Notes under the pieces: generated by a model | What the model was told of the DNA's origin: nothing | Database searches by the model: none | What the model saw: the letters and a program-made list of their open reading frames with translations, nothing else | DNA from: Homoserinimonas sp. | GTDB lineage: Bacteria; Actinomycetota; Actinomycetes; Actinomycetales; Microbacteriaceae | Direction of reading: 5' to 3' | DNA: 51,659 nt | Assembly (NCBI GenBank): GCA_025464755.1 | Contig: JAODMI010000115.1 | Span: 1 to 51,659, forward strand | Part shown: positions 19,852 to 31,101 of the stretch, piece by piece | Position numbering within the stretch: position 1 is the first letter of the stretch | How the letters are laid out: every line of letters begins with the position of its first letter | Position numbers and translations under genes: made by a program

Positions 19852-20756
19852 GCGATGACCCAGGCAAGAGCGATTTCCGGGCGGGTTTTGTGTCCTTCGT
19901 CGGGCGACCCAACGTGGGTAAATCCACACTGACCAACGCCCTCGTCGGCGAGAAGGTCGCGATCACCAGTAGCAAGCCCCAGACCACCAGGCGCGCCATC
20001 CGAGGAATCGTGCACAAGCATGACGGGCAGCTCATCCTCGTCGACACCCCCGGGATGCACCGACCTCGCACCCTGCTGGGAGAGCGGCTGAACACTATCG
20101 TGCAGGACACACTCGGGGAGGTCGATGTCATCGGCTTTTGTGTTCCCGCTAACGAGAAGATCGGTCCCGGCGATCGATTCATCAACGAACAGCTGGACGC
20201 CTTCCCGAGGGCAAAAAAAGTCGCAATTGTGACCAAGCTCGACGCAACTTCAAGACCTGCTGTCGCAGAGCAACTGCAGGCCGTTGCAGAGCTTCGCAAC
20301 TGGGACACGATTGTCCCCGTCTCAGCTCTCACGAGCGTTCAGTTGGACACCCTCGCTAGTGAACTGATCAAGTTGTTGCCAGTATCCGAACCGCTGTATC
20401 CGACCGGAACGGTCACCGAAGAAGGTCTCGAAGCCCGGATCAGTGAACTCATCCGGGAAGCGGTTCTGGAGGGCGTCGAAGATGAGCTGCCGCATTCAAT
20501 CGCGATCACAATCGACGACATCATTCCGCGTGAAGATAAAGACTTGATCGAAATTTTCGCCAACCTGTTCGTGGAGCGTGACAGCCAAAAAGGCATCATC
20601 ATCGGACATCAGGGCAAGCGTCTGGCCGAGGTCGGAGCGCGTGCACGGGCGCAAATCGAGCCGCTAATCGGGAGCCAAGTGTTTCTCTCGCTGCGTGTGA
20701 AGGTCGCCAAAGAATGGCAGCGGGATGCGAAGCAGCTGGGCCGTCTCGGGTTCTAG
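19848..20756 (+). CDS. era: GTPase Era
   Basis: G1 GRPNVGKST, G3 DTPG, G4 TKLD and a C-terminal KH domain. GTGA overlap with the upstream gene. Confidence 0.95.
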   Translation: MSDDPGKSDFRAGFVSFVGRPNVGKSTLTNALVGEKVAITSSKPQTTRRAIRGIVHKHDGQLILVDTPGMHRPRTLLGERLNTIVQDTLGEVDVIGFCVPANEKIGPGDRFINEQLDAFPRAKKVAIVTKLDATSRPAVAEQLQAVAELRNWDTIVPVSALTSVQLDTLASELIKLLPVSEPLYPTGTVTEEGLEARISELIREAVLEGVEDELPHSIAITIDDIIPREDKDLIEIFANLFVERDSQKGIIIGHQGKRLAEVGARARAQIEPLIGSQVFLSLRVKVAKEWQRDAKQLGRLGF

Positions 20757-20862
20757 CGGGGACCGCCCCTCCCGCGGGGTCGCGCCGCACTGGTCTACGG
20801 GTTTCGCTCGCTGCTGGTCGCGCTCGGCCTGCCCGTCAAGCTCAGCCTGCCCGTCCCGTTAC

Positions 20863-20939
20863 TGAAATTCAGGAACATCCAGCCGCAGATGGCTTACACG
20901 GCATCTCTCCGCCCAACGCGCGGCCGTATTCCTGAAATG
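20863..20939. repeat. copy B of the inverted 13-mer element (arms 20863-20875 and 20929-20939; 53-nt interior)
   Basis: Left arm is TGAAATTCAGGAA. The right arm TTCCTGAAATG is the most degenerate arm, with 2 mismatches in the 11-nt core. It is intergenic, downstream of era. Confidence 0.7.
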
Positions 20940-21023
20940 TGCTCGCCACGGTCAACGGTTTTGAACGCCTCGCGCCGTCGCACGGACAGCGGCCTAACGC
21001 CAGTTGCCAGCGTCGCGCAGCGC

Positions 21024-21103
21024 GGAAATTCAGGAATGTGTCGCGGCTGAGCTGTTGATGTTGGTGCGGGGGTGACCGGAAACGGCTCCGTTCCTGAATT
21101 TTC
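21024..21103. repeat. copy C of the inverted 13-mer element (arms 21024-21036 and 21091-21103; 54-nt interior)
   Basis: GGAAATTCAGGAA ... TTCCTGAATTTTC, both cores perfect. It starts 84 nt after copy B and lies about 390 nt upstream of leuA. Confidence 0.8.
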
Positions 21104-21289
21104 GTGGATGGGCTCCGGGAGACACTCCACGAACACGCGCCCGAAGGGGCGGTACGAACGCACCCAGCGCATACCCGCTGCCTGTACAGGCTCCGTGTCA
21201 ACGCGGCACATCGATTTAGTTGAAATTGCCACATCCTCACAGCAGCGGGACACTGGCGAATCACGGTCGGCGGCGTGAACGGATCATGA

Positions 21290-23263
<1,974 letters not shown>

Positions 23264-23266
23264 CTT

Positions 23267-23956
23267 TTAGGGCCGGGCGCGTGGCCAGCGCGGCAGCCGC
23301 GGGAGCCGGCTGAGGGCACGTTGCTCGGGAAGGCTCCACCCAAACTTGATGGCGAGCAGGCGAACAGCCGTCGTGGCGATCACGCAGCCGATCGCTGCGA
23401 CGGTGATGTTCGCTCCGAGGGAGACCGCCACCACGAGCAGCGTCGAACCGCCTACCGCGGCGATGGCGTAAAGCGACCCCACGTGCATGAGTGCTATGGG
23501 CAGGTTCAGCAGGATGTCCCGAGCGATCGAACCGCCCACCCCGCCGATAACCCCAATAAATACGGCTGGTACGGCCGGTACTCCCAGGGCCAGCGCTTTG
23601 GACGCTCCGATGGCGGCGAATAGCCCGATGGTGAGCGCGTCAAGGATGGCGATAGCTATATTGACTCGCGTGAACAGGCGGTTGAGCAGCATGCCGAGGA
23701 GGGCGGAGAGCACGGCCGCCGGCAGATACCAATTGGTTTGGAATGCAACCGGACTTACGTTGAGAAAGATATCCCTAAAGAGACCACCTCCAAGACCGGT
23801 GGCGGTGCCGATGATCGCGATTCCGAGGAGGTCGAGCCTGCGGTCGCGGAAGCCGGAAGCGAACATGGCTCCCTGCAGGCTGCCGATCGTTACGGCGACG
23901 ATGTCGATCCAGAGCGGTATGGTGAAAAGCACGTCGTTCACACTTGTTTGTATCAT
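23267..23956 (-). CDS. trimeric intracellular cation channel (TRIC/UPF0126, YadS-like) family membrane protein
   Basis: Two internal repeats, each with a Gly-rich motif (GLGGGLFRDIFLN and GGVGGSIARDILLN), and about 7 TM segments. I use the internal ATG 23956 (MIQTSVNDV...). The longer ORF overlaps the upstream gene. Confidence 0.85.
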   Translation of the reverse strand: MIQTSVNDVLFTIPLWIDIVAVTIGSLQGAMFASGFRDRRLDLLGIAIIGTATGLGGGLFRDIFLNVSPVAFQTNWYLPAAVLSALLGMLLNRLFTRVNIAIAILDALTIGLFAAIGASKALALGVPAVPAVFIGVIGGVGGSIARDILLNLPIALMHVGSLYAIAAVGGSTLLVVAVSLGANITVAAIGCVIATTAVRLLAIKFGWSLPEQRALSRLPRLPRWPRARP

Positions 23957-23969
23957 GCCAAGGACGGGC

Positions 23970-24713
23970 TCATGGCTGCGTGCGCGCGGCAAGGAAGTCC
24001 TCGAATGTGACGGTCCCGCGGTTCTGCTCGGCCAGGTGGTGGCCCTCCCGGTATGCGCGAAAAAGGCGGCCAGGTAGCACGAATGGCTGAATCCGGTTAC
24101 CTGCACGGTTAGCCGTTTTCCACGTATGTGCGAATTCGACGAAAGGGCGGATGTCTGGACCACCTATGTCTGATACTCGGCCGGCAGCAGCATCCGCCAG
24201 AGACAGGTCGACCAGCCGAGCGGCCACCTCAGAGACATCGATTGGTTGCAGCGGGATGCGGGGGACGAGCATCAGCGGCAGTTTGCGCTGCGCATCAATG
24301 ATGCGTAGCGCGAAATCATGGAACTGTGTGGAACGAAGGATTGTGACCGGTAGCCCACTCTGATGCAGAAGGTGTTCCACCTCCAGCTTTGCCTTGTAGT
24401 AGCCGAGCGGTATTTCATCGATGCCGACGATGGAGATGTATACGATGTGAGGCGACCCGCTGGCCTGTGCTGCGCGTATCAGGGTGCCGGCGGCCGCCAC
24501 GTCTTTTGCGCTCCCGCCGGTTGCGCAGTGAATCACCGTGGACACGCCGCTGAAGGCTTCCTGAACTCCCACGCCGGTAAGCAGATCTCCTGTGTGGCCG
24601 GTTCCGTTGGTGCGACTGAGAACTCGTGCCTCGCTGTTTTCGTTCCGCAGCGCAGAGATGACGGCGCGGCCCAGCGTGCCTGTACCGCCTGTTACCAGGA
24701 TTCTGTTCTTCAC
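23970..24713 (-). CDS. NAD(P)H-binding NmrA/SDR-like oxidoreductase
   Basis: N-terminal Rossmann motif [11 protein letters not shown], 247 aa, atypical-SDR/NmrA-like layout. Confidence 0.8.
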   Translation of the reverse strand: MKNRILVTGGTGTLGRAVISALRNENSEARVLSRTNGTGHTGDLLTGVGVQEAFSGVSTVIHCATGGSAKDVAAAGTLIRAAQASGSPHIVYISIVGIDEIPLGYYKAKLEVEHLLHQSGLPVTILRSTQFHDFALRIIDAQRKLPLMLVPRIPLQPIDVSEVAARLVDLSLADAAAGRVSDIGGPDIRPFVEFAHTWKTANRAGNRIQPFVLPGRLFRAYREGHHLAEQNRGTVTFEDFLAARTQP

Positions 24714-24792
24714 GCAGTCATTCTGGCGGATGCGCGGGCCGCAGGGTACGAGCCTTTCAGGAAAGGATGGCGCAACAGGCGATAATCGTAAG

Positions 24793-25548
24793 GTGCCCCT
24801 TTACCGTGACGAAGTTGTTGTGCTGCGCACCCACAAATTGGGTGAAGCCGACCGCATTGTGACAATGCTCTCTCGCGAGCACGGCAAAATCCGTGCCGTC
24901 GCCAAGGGTGTACGCCGCACCGCATCAAAGTTCGGCGCCCGACTGGAACCGTTCATGGTCGCTGACGCACAGTTTTTTGAAGGCCGATCGCTCGACATCA
25001 TCACCCAAGCCGAGTCGATCGCCTCATATGGGGCAGCCATCACCACCGATTACGCCAGTTACACGGCGGCCAGCGCGATGGTGGAGACCACGGACAAACT
25101 TACCGAAGGTGAAGGTAGCCTGCAGCAGTACCTGCTGCTTGTGGGTGCGCTGCGTTCCCTTTCCAGGCGCGAGCACGGCGCCAGTCTCACCCTCGATTCA
25201 TTCCTTCTGCGCTCTTTCGCTATCGCCGGCTGGTCGCCCAGTTTCTATGACTGTGCCATGACGGGGGCCCCCGGCCCCCATTCCGCGTTCGTTGTGCAAC
25301 TGGGTGGGGTGGTGGCTGACGATGTCGCACCGCCGGGGGCACCGCGACTTGACGCGGCAACACTGTTGCTGCTCTCATCTCTCCTGGCTGGCGACTGGAC
25401 AACAGCGGAATTGGCTGACGAACGCACATGCGCCCAGGCCAGTGGCATCGTCGCGGCTTACGCCCAGTTCCATCTTGAGCGTAAGTTGCGCTCCCTGGAA
25501 CACGTCGATAGAACTTTTGGCGATCCGCTGGAAAGGTCCATCCGTTGA
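24793..25548 (+). CDS. recO: DNA repair protein RecO
   Basis: [42 protein letters not shown] is a canonical RecO OB-fold N-terminus. GTG at 24793. recO-uppS synteny. Confidence 0.9.
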   Translation: MPLYRDEVVVLRTHKLGEADRIVTMLSREHGKIRAVAKGVRRTASKFGARLEPFMVADAQFFEGRSLDIITQAESIASYGAAITTDYASYTAASAMVETTDKLTEGEGSLQQYLLLVGALRSLSRREHGASLTLDSFLLRSFAIAGWSPSFYDCAMTGAPGPHSAFVVQLGGVVADDVAPPGAPRLDAATLLLLSSLLAGDWTTAELADERTCAQASGIVAAYAQFHLERKLRSLEHVDRTFGDPLERSIR

Positions 25549-26348
25549 CCCCCGTGCGTAAGACGCACCGTGACGCCGTTGCTTTCAAGCCCCTGGACTG
25601 GACGGGTATTCACCCTCCCCAGCTTCCGTTGAGCGCTGTGCCCCAGCATGTCGCCATCGTCATGGACGGCAACGGACGCTGGGCTAACGGTCGTGGCCTC
25701 ACGCGTGTGGAGGGCCACAAGGCGGGTGAAGCGTCACTGCTCGACGTTGTCGCCGGGGCCATCCAGATCGGCGTCAAGCACCTCAGCGTTTACGCCTTTT
25801 CGACCGAAAACTGGAAGCGGTCACCTGATGAGGTTCGTTTCCTGATGGGTTTCAATCGGGATGTCCTGCACCGCCGGCGTGACCAACTCAATGAGTGGGG
25901 TGTGCGGGTGCGTTGGGCTGGTCGAAAGCCGAAATTGTGGGCTTCCGTCATCAAGGAACTGCAATACGCCGAAACGCTCACCGAAAACAACAGCGTTCTC
26001 ACGCTCACCATGTGCGTCAACTACGGCGGGCGGACGGAGATAACGGATGCCGTTCGGGCTCTCGCAGAAGAGGTTGCGGCCGGGCGGTTGAAGCCTTCAA
26101 GCATCAGCGAGAAGTCGATTCAGAAACACCTGTACACCGCCGAACTTCCCGACGTGGATTTGTTCGTTCGCAGCTCAGGGGAGCAACGCACCAGCAACTT
26201 TCTTCTGTGGCAGAGCGCGTACGCGGAAATGGTTTTTCTCGACACGTTGTGGCCCGACTTCACACGGGCAGACTTGTGGGAGGCCATAACCGTCTATGGG
26301 CAGCGGGCCCGACGCTTCGGTGGAGCAGTCGACACACCCACCCCATGA
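25545..26348 (+). CDS. uppS: isoprenyl transferase ((2Z,6E)-farnesyl/undecaprenyl diphosphate synthase family)
   Basis: [13 protein letters not shown] and [12 protein letters not shown] motifs of cis-prenyltransferases. 4-nt overlap with recO. Confidence 0.93.
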   Translation: MTPVRKTHRDAVAFKPLDWTGIHPPQLPLSAVPQHVAIVMDGNGRWANGRGLTRVEGHKAGEASLLDVVAGAIQIGVKHLSVYAFSTENWKRSPDEVRFLMGFNRDVLHRRRDQLNEWGVRVRWAGRKPKLWASVIKELQYAETLTENNSVLTLTMCVNYGGRTEITDAVRALAEEVAAGRLKPSSISEKSIQKHLYTAELPDVDLFVRSSGEQRTSNFLLWQSAYAEMVFLDTLWPDFTRADLWEAITVYGQRARRFGGAVDTPTP

Positions 26349-26364
26349 GGGCCATGCTGGTCTT

Positions 26365-27447
26365 ATGACGAACACCCAGTCGGCCATAAGCCGCACACAT
26401 TCCCTCGCCCTACAAAAGGCGATCGAGCAGTACGACTTTGATGCCGCGCGAGGGTATCTCGCTGTTGCATCGATCGGTTTGCCGACGCATGAGACTGTCA
26501 AAGCCCAGCATGAAGATCTCGACCTATGGCGGTCCGCGCGCCGTGACCCCACAGCGTATGACGGCATCGTCGAAAACACTCGAGCGCACTACGCGAGGTT
26601 GGTAGGCGTCAGTGTCGATCGCGTTGCCATGGGCTCGCAGACATCCGTAATGACCAGCCTGATCGCCGCAGCCGTGCCGGCCGGCGCTGAAGTGGTGTGC
26701 GTCGATGGCGACTTCAGCTCGATTGTCTTCCCATTTTTGCAGCGCGCAGACATTCGTGTGCGAAACGTGCCGCTGGCCGGATTGGCCGATGCGGTAACGG
26801 ACGACACCTGGCTGGTGGTTTTCTCGCTTGCCCAGTCGGCGACGGGGGCAATCGCCGACGTACCCGCAGTGGTGGCCGCTGCTGCACGGCACGGCAGCTA
26901 CACATACTGTGACACGACTCAGGCGGCCGGCGTTTACCCGGTGGATGCGTCTCTCTTCGACCTCACCGTCTGCCACGCATACAAATGGCTGAGTTCGCCT
27001 CGCGGAGTGGCCTTCCTCACAGTCAGCGAACGCTTCGATGCCGCACTTATCCCGCTCCAGGCCGGTTGGTATGCAGGAGACCACGTCTGGCAGTCCTGCT
27101 ACGGGCCGGCGATGCACCTTGCACCGAGCGCACGCCGCTTCGACGTGTCACCTGCTTGGCCGGCATGGGTGGGAGCCGAGCCTGCAATTCGGATGTTTGC
27201 GGGCCTCGACATCGCAGAAGTTTGGGCGCGAGCATCCGGACTCGGCGACCAGCTGTGCGACGCGCTTGAAATCCCGCAACAGCACCAGGCGATAGTGACG
27301 TGGAAGGACCCTGAAGGTGTTGACCTAGAACGCCTCATCGCTGCGGGACTGAAAGTTTCTGGTCGCGCCGGCCGCCTGCGCGCCTCTTTTCACCTGTGGA
27401 ATGACGAGAGCGATGTGGCAGCAGTCGTGCAGGCGCTTCGGAGGTAA
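26365..27447 (+). CDS. aminotransferase class V-fold PLP-dependent enzyme
   Basis: About 360 aa with the fold-type I class V pattern (SLAQSATG..., [11 protein letters not shown] with a probable PLP lysine). ATG 26365 is chosen to avoid overlap with uppS. Specificity is unknown. Confidence 0.75.
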   Translation: MTNTQSAISRTHSLALQKAIEQYDFDAARGYLAVASIGLPTHETVKAQHEDLDLWRSARRDPTAYDGIVENTRAHYARLVGVSVDRVAMGSQTSVMTSLIAAAVPAGAEVVCVDGDFSSIVFPFLQRADIRVRNVPLAGLADAVTDDTWLVVFSLAQSATGAIADVPAVVAAAARHGSYTYCDTTQAAGVYPVDASLFDLTVCHAYKWLSSPRGVAFLTVSERFDAALIPLQAGWYAGDHVWQSCYGPAMHLAPSARRFDVSPAWPAWVGAEPAIRMFAGLDIAEVWARASGLGDQLCDALEIPQQHQAIVTWKDPEGVDLERLIAAGLKVSGRAGRLRASFHLWNDESDVAAVVQALRR

Positions 27448-27515
27448 ACGGGCAAGTAGGCTGGGTAGTTGTTCGCTCGCCGGGCACCCAGCACGGTAAG
27501 ACTTTAGGAGTTTCC

Positions 27516-28901
27516 TTGGCCAACGCCTCATCCCTCGACCCTGTCATCAACCTGGCGAAGCGCCGCGGTTTCGTTTTCCAGGCCGGTGATATCTACGGCG
27601 GATCACGGTCGGCGTGGGATTACGGCCCCCTTGGTGTCGCCCTTAAGGAGAACATCAAGAAGCAGTGGTGGCAGTTCATGGTCAACGGCCGTGATGATGT
27701 TGTCGGGCTCGATTCATCCGTGATTTTGCCGAAGAAGGTGTGGGAAGCATCCGGACATGTCGAAGTGTTCAGCGACCCGCTTGTTGAATGCCTCAGTTGC
27801 CATAAGCGTTACCGCGCGGACCACCTTGAGGAAGAGTACGAAGAGAAGAAGGGTCGCGCGCCCGAAAATGGGATTGCCGATATCGCGTGCGCGAATTGCG
27901 GTACCCGTGGTCAGTGGACGGAGCCGCGTGCATTTTCGGGCCTGCTGAAGACTTACCTCGGCCCAGTCGATGACGAAGCCGGCATGCATTACCTGCGGCC
28001 CGAGACGGCGCAGGGCATTTTCGTAAACTTCGCCAACGTGTTGAACGTATCGCGGCAGAAGCCCCCGTTCGGCATCGGCCAGATCGGAAAAAGCTTCCGC
28101 AACGAGATCACGCCAGGTAACTTCATCTTCCGTACGCGTGAGTTCGAGCAGATGGAGATGGAGTTTTTTGTTGAGCCGGGTACCGACGAAGATTGGCATC
28201 AGTACTGGATTGACCAGCGGATGTCCTGGTACACCGGATTGGGGATCAAGCCAGAAAACCTTCGGCTCTTCGAGCACCCGGCCGAGAAACTATCGCACTA
28301 CTCGAAGCGCACCGTTGACATTGAGTACCGCTTCGGATTCCAGGGCAGCGAGTTCGGTGAGCTGGAAGGCATCGCGAACCGCACAGACTTCGATCTGAGG
28401 ACGCATTCGGTCGCATCCGGTGTCGACCTTTCCTTCTTCGACCAGGCCAAGAATGAGCGCTGGATTCCGTACGTGATCGAGCCCGCCGCCGGTCTCACCA
28501 GGTCGCTGATGGCGTTTCTCGTCGACGCGTACGCCGAAGATGAAGCGCCTAACACTAAAGGCGGTGTGGACAAACGCACAGTCCTGCGACTTGACCGCCG
28601 CCTGTCACCCGTGAAAGCCGCCGTGCTGCCGCTATCCCGCAACGAGCAGCTGTCGCCGGTTGCGCGCGAGCTGGCGGCGGACTTGCGTAAGTTCTGGAAC
28701 ATTGACTTTGACGACGCCGGAGCGATCGGTCGCCGTTACCGTCGCCAAGACGAGATCGGAACCCCGTTCTGCATCACCGTCGACTTCGACACGCTTGACG
28801 ATAAGGCTGTCACTGTTCGGGAGCGCGACACCATGGCCCAGGAGCGCATCTCGCTCGACCGGCTGCGCGGTTATCTGGCGGAGCAACTGCTGGGCGCTTA
28901 G
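27516..28901 (+). CDS. glyQS: glycine--tRNA ligase (homodimeric class II type)
   Basis: 461 aa. The N-terminus [26 protein letters not shown] and motif-2/3 regions are typical of alpha2 GlyRS. TTG start. Confidence 0.95.
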   Translation: MANASSLDPVINLAKRRGFVFQAGDIYGGSRSAWDYGPLGVALKENIKKQWWQFMVNGRDDVVGLDSSVILPKKVWEASGHVEVFSDPLVECLSCHKRYRADHLEEEYEEKKGRAPENGIADIACANCGTRGQWTEPRAFSGLLKTYLGPVDDEAGMHYLRPETAQGIFVNFANVLNVSRQKPPFGIGQIGKSFRNEITPGNFIFRTREFEQMEMEFFVEPGTDEDWHQYWIDQRMSWYTGLGIKPENLRLFEHPAEKLSHYSKRTVDIEYRFGFQGSEFGELEGIANRTDFDLRTHSVASGVDLSFFDQAKNERWIPYVIEPAAGLTRSLMAFLVDAYAEDEAPNTKGGVDKRTVLRLDRRLSPVKAAVLPLSRNEQLSPVARELAADLRKFWNIDFDDAGAIGRRYRRQDEIGTPFCITVDFDTLDDKAVTVRERDTMAQERISLDRLRGYLAEQLLGA

Positions 28902-28980
28902 CGCGCGGCGGTGCAGGTGTCACCACACGCGAGGTATCCGTTGTGCACCCTCTGCTCACAGTGCACTCGGTGAAATCTGC

Positions 28981-29059
28981 GAAAATTCAGGAACTTGCGC
29001 TGGTGCGGCTGCAGTGTGGGGCGTTAATCCATCGCGCCGCTGTGGTTTCCTGAATTTTC
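28981..29059. repeat. copy D of the inverted 13-mer element (arms 28981-28993 and 29047-29059; 53-nt interior)
   Basis: GAAAATTCAGGAA ... TTCCTGAATTTTC, both perfect. It starts 79 nt after the glyQS stop and ends 1 nt before the longest possible start of the DUF559 ORF. Confidence 0.85.
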
Positions 29060-30061
29060 GTGGTGCATCGGCACGCGACTCCTCCACAGGTATGTGCAGA
29101 TCTCGTTGCGCGCCAGTGCGGTGACTGCTTCGTTGCTGCTCTCTTGACCGTGCAGGCTACGTACGTGAACGCTGTGGAGAAGTGGGTTCGGCAACTCGGT
29201 GGTTACGCGCAGAAGCAAGAACTCGTTGCGCTGGGGGCGACGGATTATGCGCTCACGCGTGCGGTGAAGAACGGCAGCGTCGTTAGAGCGCGGCAGGGAT
29301 GGTATTCGGTCGCTGTTCCAACGGACCCTGCATTCCGCGCGGTGCGTACCGGCGGGCGCCTAACCGGGCTATCGGCTGTGCGCGCCTCGGGCGGTTGGGT
29401 GCTGGGGCGGAGTGGGCCGCTGCATGTGTCGGTTCCCCGCAACGGGGCACGCCTGAGATCACCGCTGAATCGTCAAATCGCGCTAACCCGGGGCAACAAG
29501 CATGGGGTACGGCTGCACTGGGACGAGCAGGCTGTCATAGGTCGTGGCACTAAAACTGTGGTGGAACTACGCGACGCCCTTTCACGCGTTGTTCGGGATG
29601 AGAACCTTGAAACCGCTGTCGCGGCGATCGATTGGGCCCTGCATAGCAACCGTCTTGACGCGCACACCTTTGAGAAGATGTTGTCCTCGATCCCGCCACG
29701 GCTTCGGTGGATCGGTGACTGGGTGGATGCCCGGTGTGAGAGTCTCCCGGAAAGCTTGGCTCGCACTCGGTTGCGTTTGGCCGGACACCGGGTACGGCTG
29801 CAGGTGAAACTTGGTGACGGTGCGCGAATCGATTTGGTTGTGGACGACATAGTTGGTTTGGAGACTGATGGGGAGGAGTTCCACAGAGATCGTTTTCTGG
29901 ATGACCGTCGCAAAGACATTCAGATTGTTTTCGCGAATTATCATCCGTTCCGAGCGCCAGCCGTGATGGTGTTCCGCGAGTGGCCGGTTGTGCTCGCCGG
30001 TATCGAGCAGGCGATTCTCGACCGCCGAAGGGCAACTGGCGTGCAGAACAGACAAGCGTAG
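29060..30061 (+). CDS. AbiEi_4-like winged-helix + DUF559 (Vsr-like PD-(D/E)xK endonuclease-fold) domain protein
   Basis: N-terminal part LGGYAQKQELVALGATDYALTRAVKNGSVVRARQGWYSV resembles an AbiEi-type wHTH. C-terminal part ...IDLVVDDIVGLETDGEEFH...DDRRKDIQIVFANYHPFRAP resembles the DUF559 D...E.DG..H...D..R core. The true start is probably an internal GTG (29150, 29165 or 29174). Confidence 0.75.
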   Translation: MVHRHATPPQVCADLVARQCGDCFVAALLTVQATYVNAVEKWVRQLGGYAQKQELVALGATDYALTRAVKNGSVVRARQGWYSVAVPTDPAFRAVRTGGRLTGLSAVRASGGWVLGRSGPLHVSVPRNGARLRSPLNRQIALTRGNKHGVRLHWDEQAVIGRGTKTVVELRDALSRVVRDENLETAVAAIDWALHSNRLDAHTFEKMLSSIPPRLRWIGDWVDARCESLPESLARTRLRLAGHRVRLQVKLGDGARIDLVVDDIVGLETDGEEFHRDRFLDDRRKDIQIVFANYHPFRAPAVMVFREWPVVLAGIEQAILDRRRATGVQNRQA

Positions 30062-30105
30062 GGTGCAACGCCGTCATGCAGCGTTGGCACGGCTTCCGAA
30101 CCTAC

Positions 30106-30195
30106 GGAAATTCAGGAACTTGTGGGATACAACGGTTCGCATGGCCCCCGGTGGGACCAGATAGGCGGTGGCCCGCGCTGCGTTCCTGAATTTGC
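30106..30195. repeat. copy E of the inverted 13-mer element (arms 30106-30118 and 30183-30195; 64-nt interior)
   Basis: GGAAATTCAGGAA ... TTCCTGAATTTGC. It starts 44 nt after the DUF559 stop. It has the same orientation as copy D and the same left-end extension (AAATTCAGGAACTTG[C/T]G). Confidence 0.85.
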
Positions 30196-30297
30196 GTAAT
30201 TGCGGGGGAGTCTGGTGGCAGGGGCTGATGGCAATGGACGAGGAGTTTTCCCTGTCGTTGCAGGAATGATCCCGTGCCGGCATGAGTTAGAGCTTTC

Positions 30298-30945
30298 ATG
30301 AGCGAAAGAATCAAGGTCGACATTTGGTCTGATGTGCAGTGCCCGTGGTGTTATATCGGCAAGCGCAAGTTCGAGGCTGGGGCCGTCGAGTTCGGCGAGG
30401 ATGTGGACGTCGAATACCACTCGTACGAGTTGGCACCCGACACGCCGGTCGACTTCGTGGGCGGGCCAGTCGAATACCTGAGCGAGCGCAAGGGTCTTCC
30501 ACGCGACCAGGTCAAGCAGATGCTTGCAAATGTGACCGAGGTCGCCGAGAGTGTTGGTCTGCACTACGCCTACGATGACGTCAAGCAGACGAACACAATT
30601 AAAGCTCATGAGCTCATTCACTATGCCAAGAACAAGGGTCGACAACTTGAGATGAAGGAGCGTCTGCTCGCAGCCTATTTTGTCGAGGGTCGTCACATTG
30701 GCCGGATCGATGACCTGGCGGATCTCGCAGCCGAGCTTGCTTTCGACCGTGCTGATGTTGTTCGGTCGCTGACCGAGGCGGAATTTTTGCCCGATGTGAA
30801 AGCCGATCAGGCCCAGGCGAACGAATATGGCATTCGGGGTGTGCCGTTCTTCGTCATCGACGGCAAGTACGGAGTTTCGGGTGCGCAGGAGGCGGCGACT
30901 TTCGCACAGATTCTGCAACAGGTTCGGGATGAGAGAGCCGCGTGA
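30298..30945 (+). CDS. DsbA-family (FrnE-like) thiol-disulfide oxidoreductase
   Basis: Thioredoxin-fold CxxC active site in DIWSDVQCPWCYIGKRKFE and C-terminal GVPFFVIDGKYGVSGAQ, typical of the FrnE/DsbA-like family. Confidence 0.85.
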   Translation: MSERIKVDIWSDVQCPWCYIGKRKFEAGAVEFGEDVDVEYHSYELAPDTPVDFVGGPVEYLSERKGLPRDQVKQMLANVTEVAESVGLHYAYDDVKQTNTIKAHELIHYAKNKGRQLEMKERLLAAYFVEGRHIGRIDDLADLAAELAFDRADVVRSLTEAEFLPDVKADQAQANEYGIRGVPFFVIDGKYGVSGAQEAATFAQILQQVRDERAA

Positions 30946-31050
30946 CCGGCGGAACGGATCTGTCCCAATCTGCCTTGATGCCCTTGGGTGACATCGACGC
31001 TGTCGTGTGTGAGGGTGACGCCTGTCTCCTGCCTGAATAGGACACACGCA

Positions 31051-31091
31051 AAGAAGACGGGCACCAGCAGATTGCTGGTGCCCGTCTTCTT
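31051..31091. terminator. bidirectional intrinsic terminator between convergent dsbA-like and permease genes
   Basis: 18-bp perfect stem AAGAAGACGGGCACCAGC / GCTGGTGCCCGTCTTCTT (31051-31068 / 31074-31091) with loop AGATT. The stem itself has A-rich and T-rich ends. Confidence 0.75.
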
Positions 31092-31101
31092 CGCCTGAGA
31101 C

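Noticed and set aside
21146-21160. T-box-like motif GGGGCGGTACGAACG upstream of leuA
   Set aside because: It is only a partial match to GGGTGGTACCGCG. It lies about 340 nt from the start codon, with no adjacent terminator or sequestrator and no identifiable specifier loop.
30115-30137. ECF-sigma-like promoter GGAAC-N15-GTT inside repeat copy E, with GGAAC also present in the arms of B and D
   Set aside because: The spacing is short, and no -10-like GTT occurs at a matching distance in the other copies. The GGAAC is simply part of the arm.
28981-30195. Repeats D/E plus the enclosed gene read as an integron cassette with attC sites, a CRISPR-like array, or an AbiE toxin-antitoxin pair
   Set aside because: The window has no integrase and no attI. 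The arms do not match the attC R/L box pattern (RYYYAAC/GTTRRRY). The repeats are dispersed over 32 kb rather than regularly spaced. There is no AbiEii nucleotidyltransferase partner next to the AbiEi-like domain.
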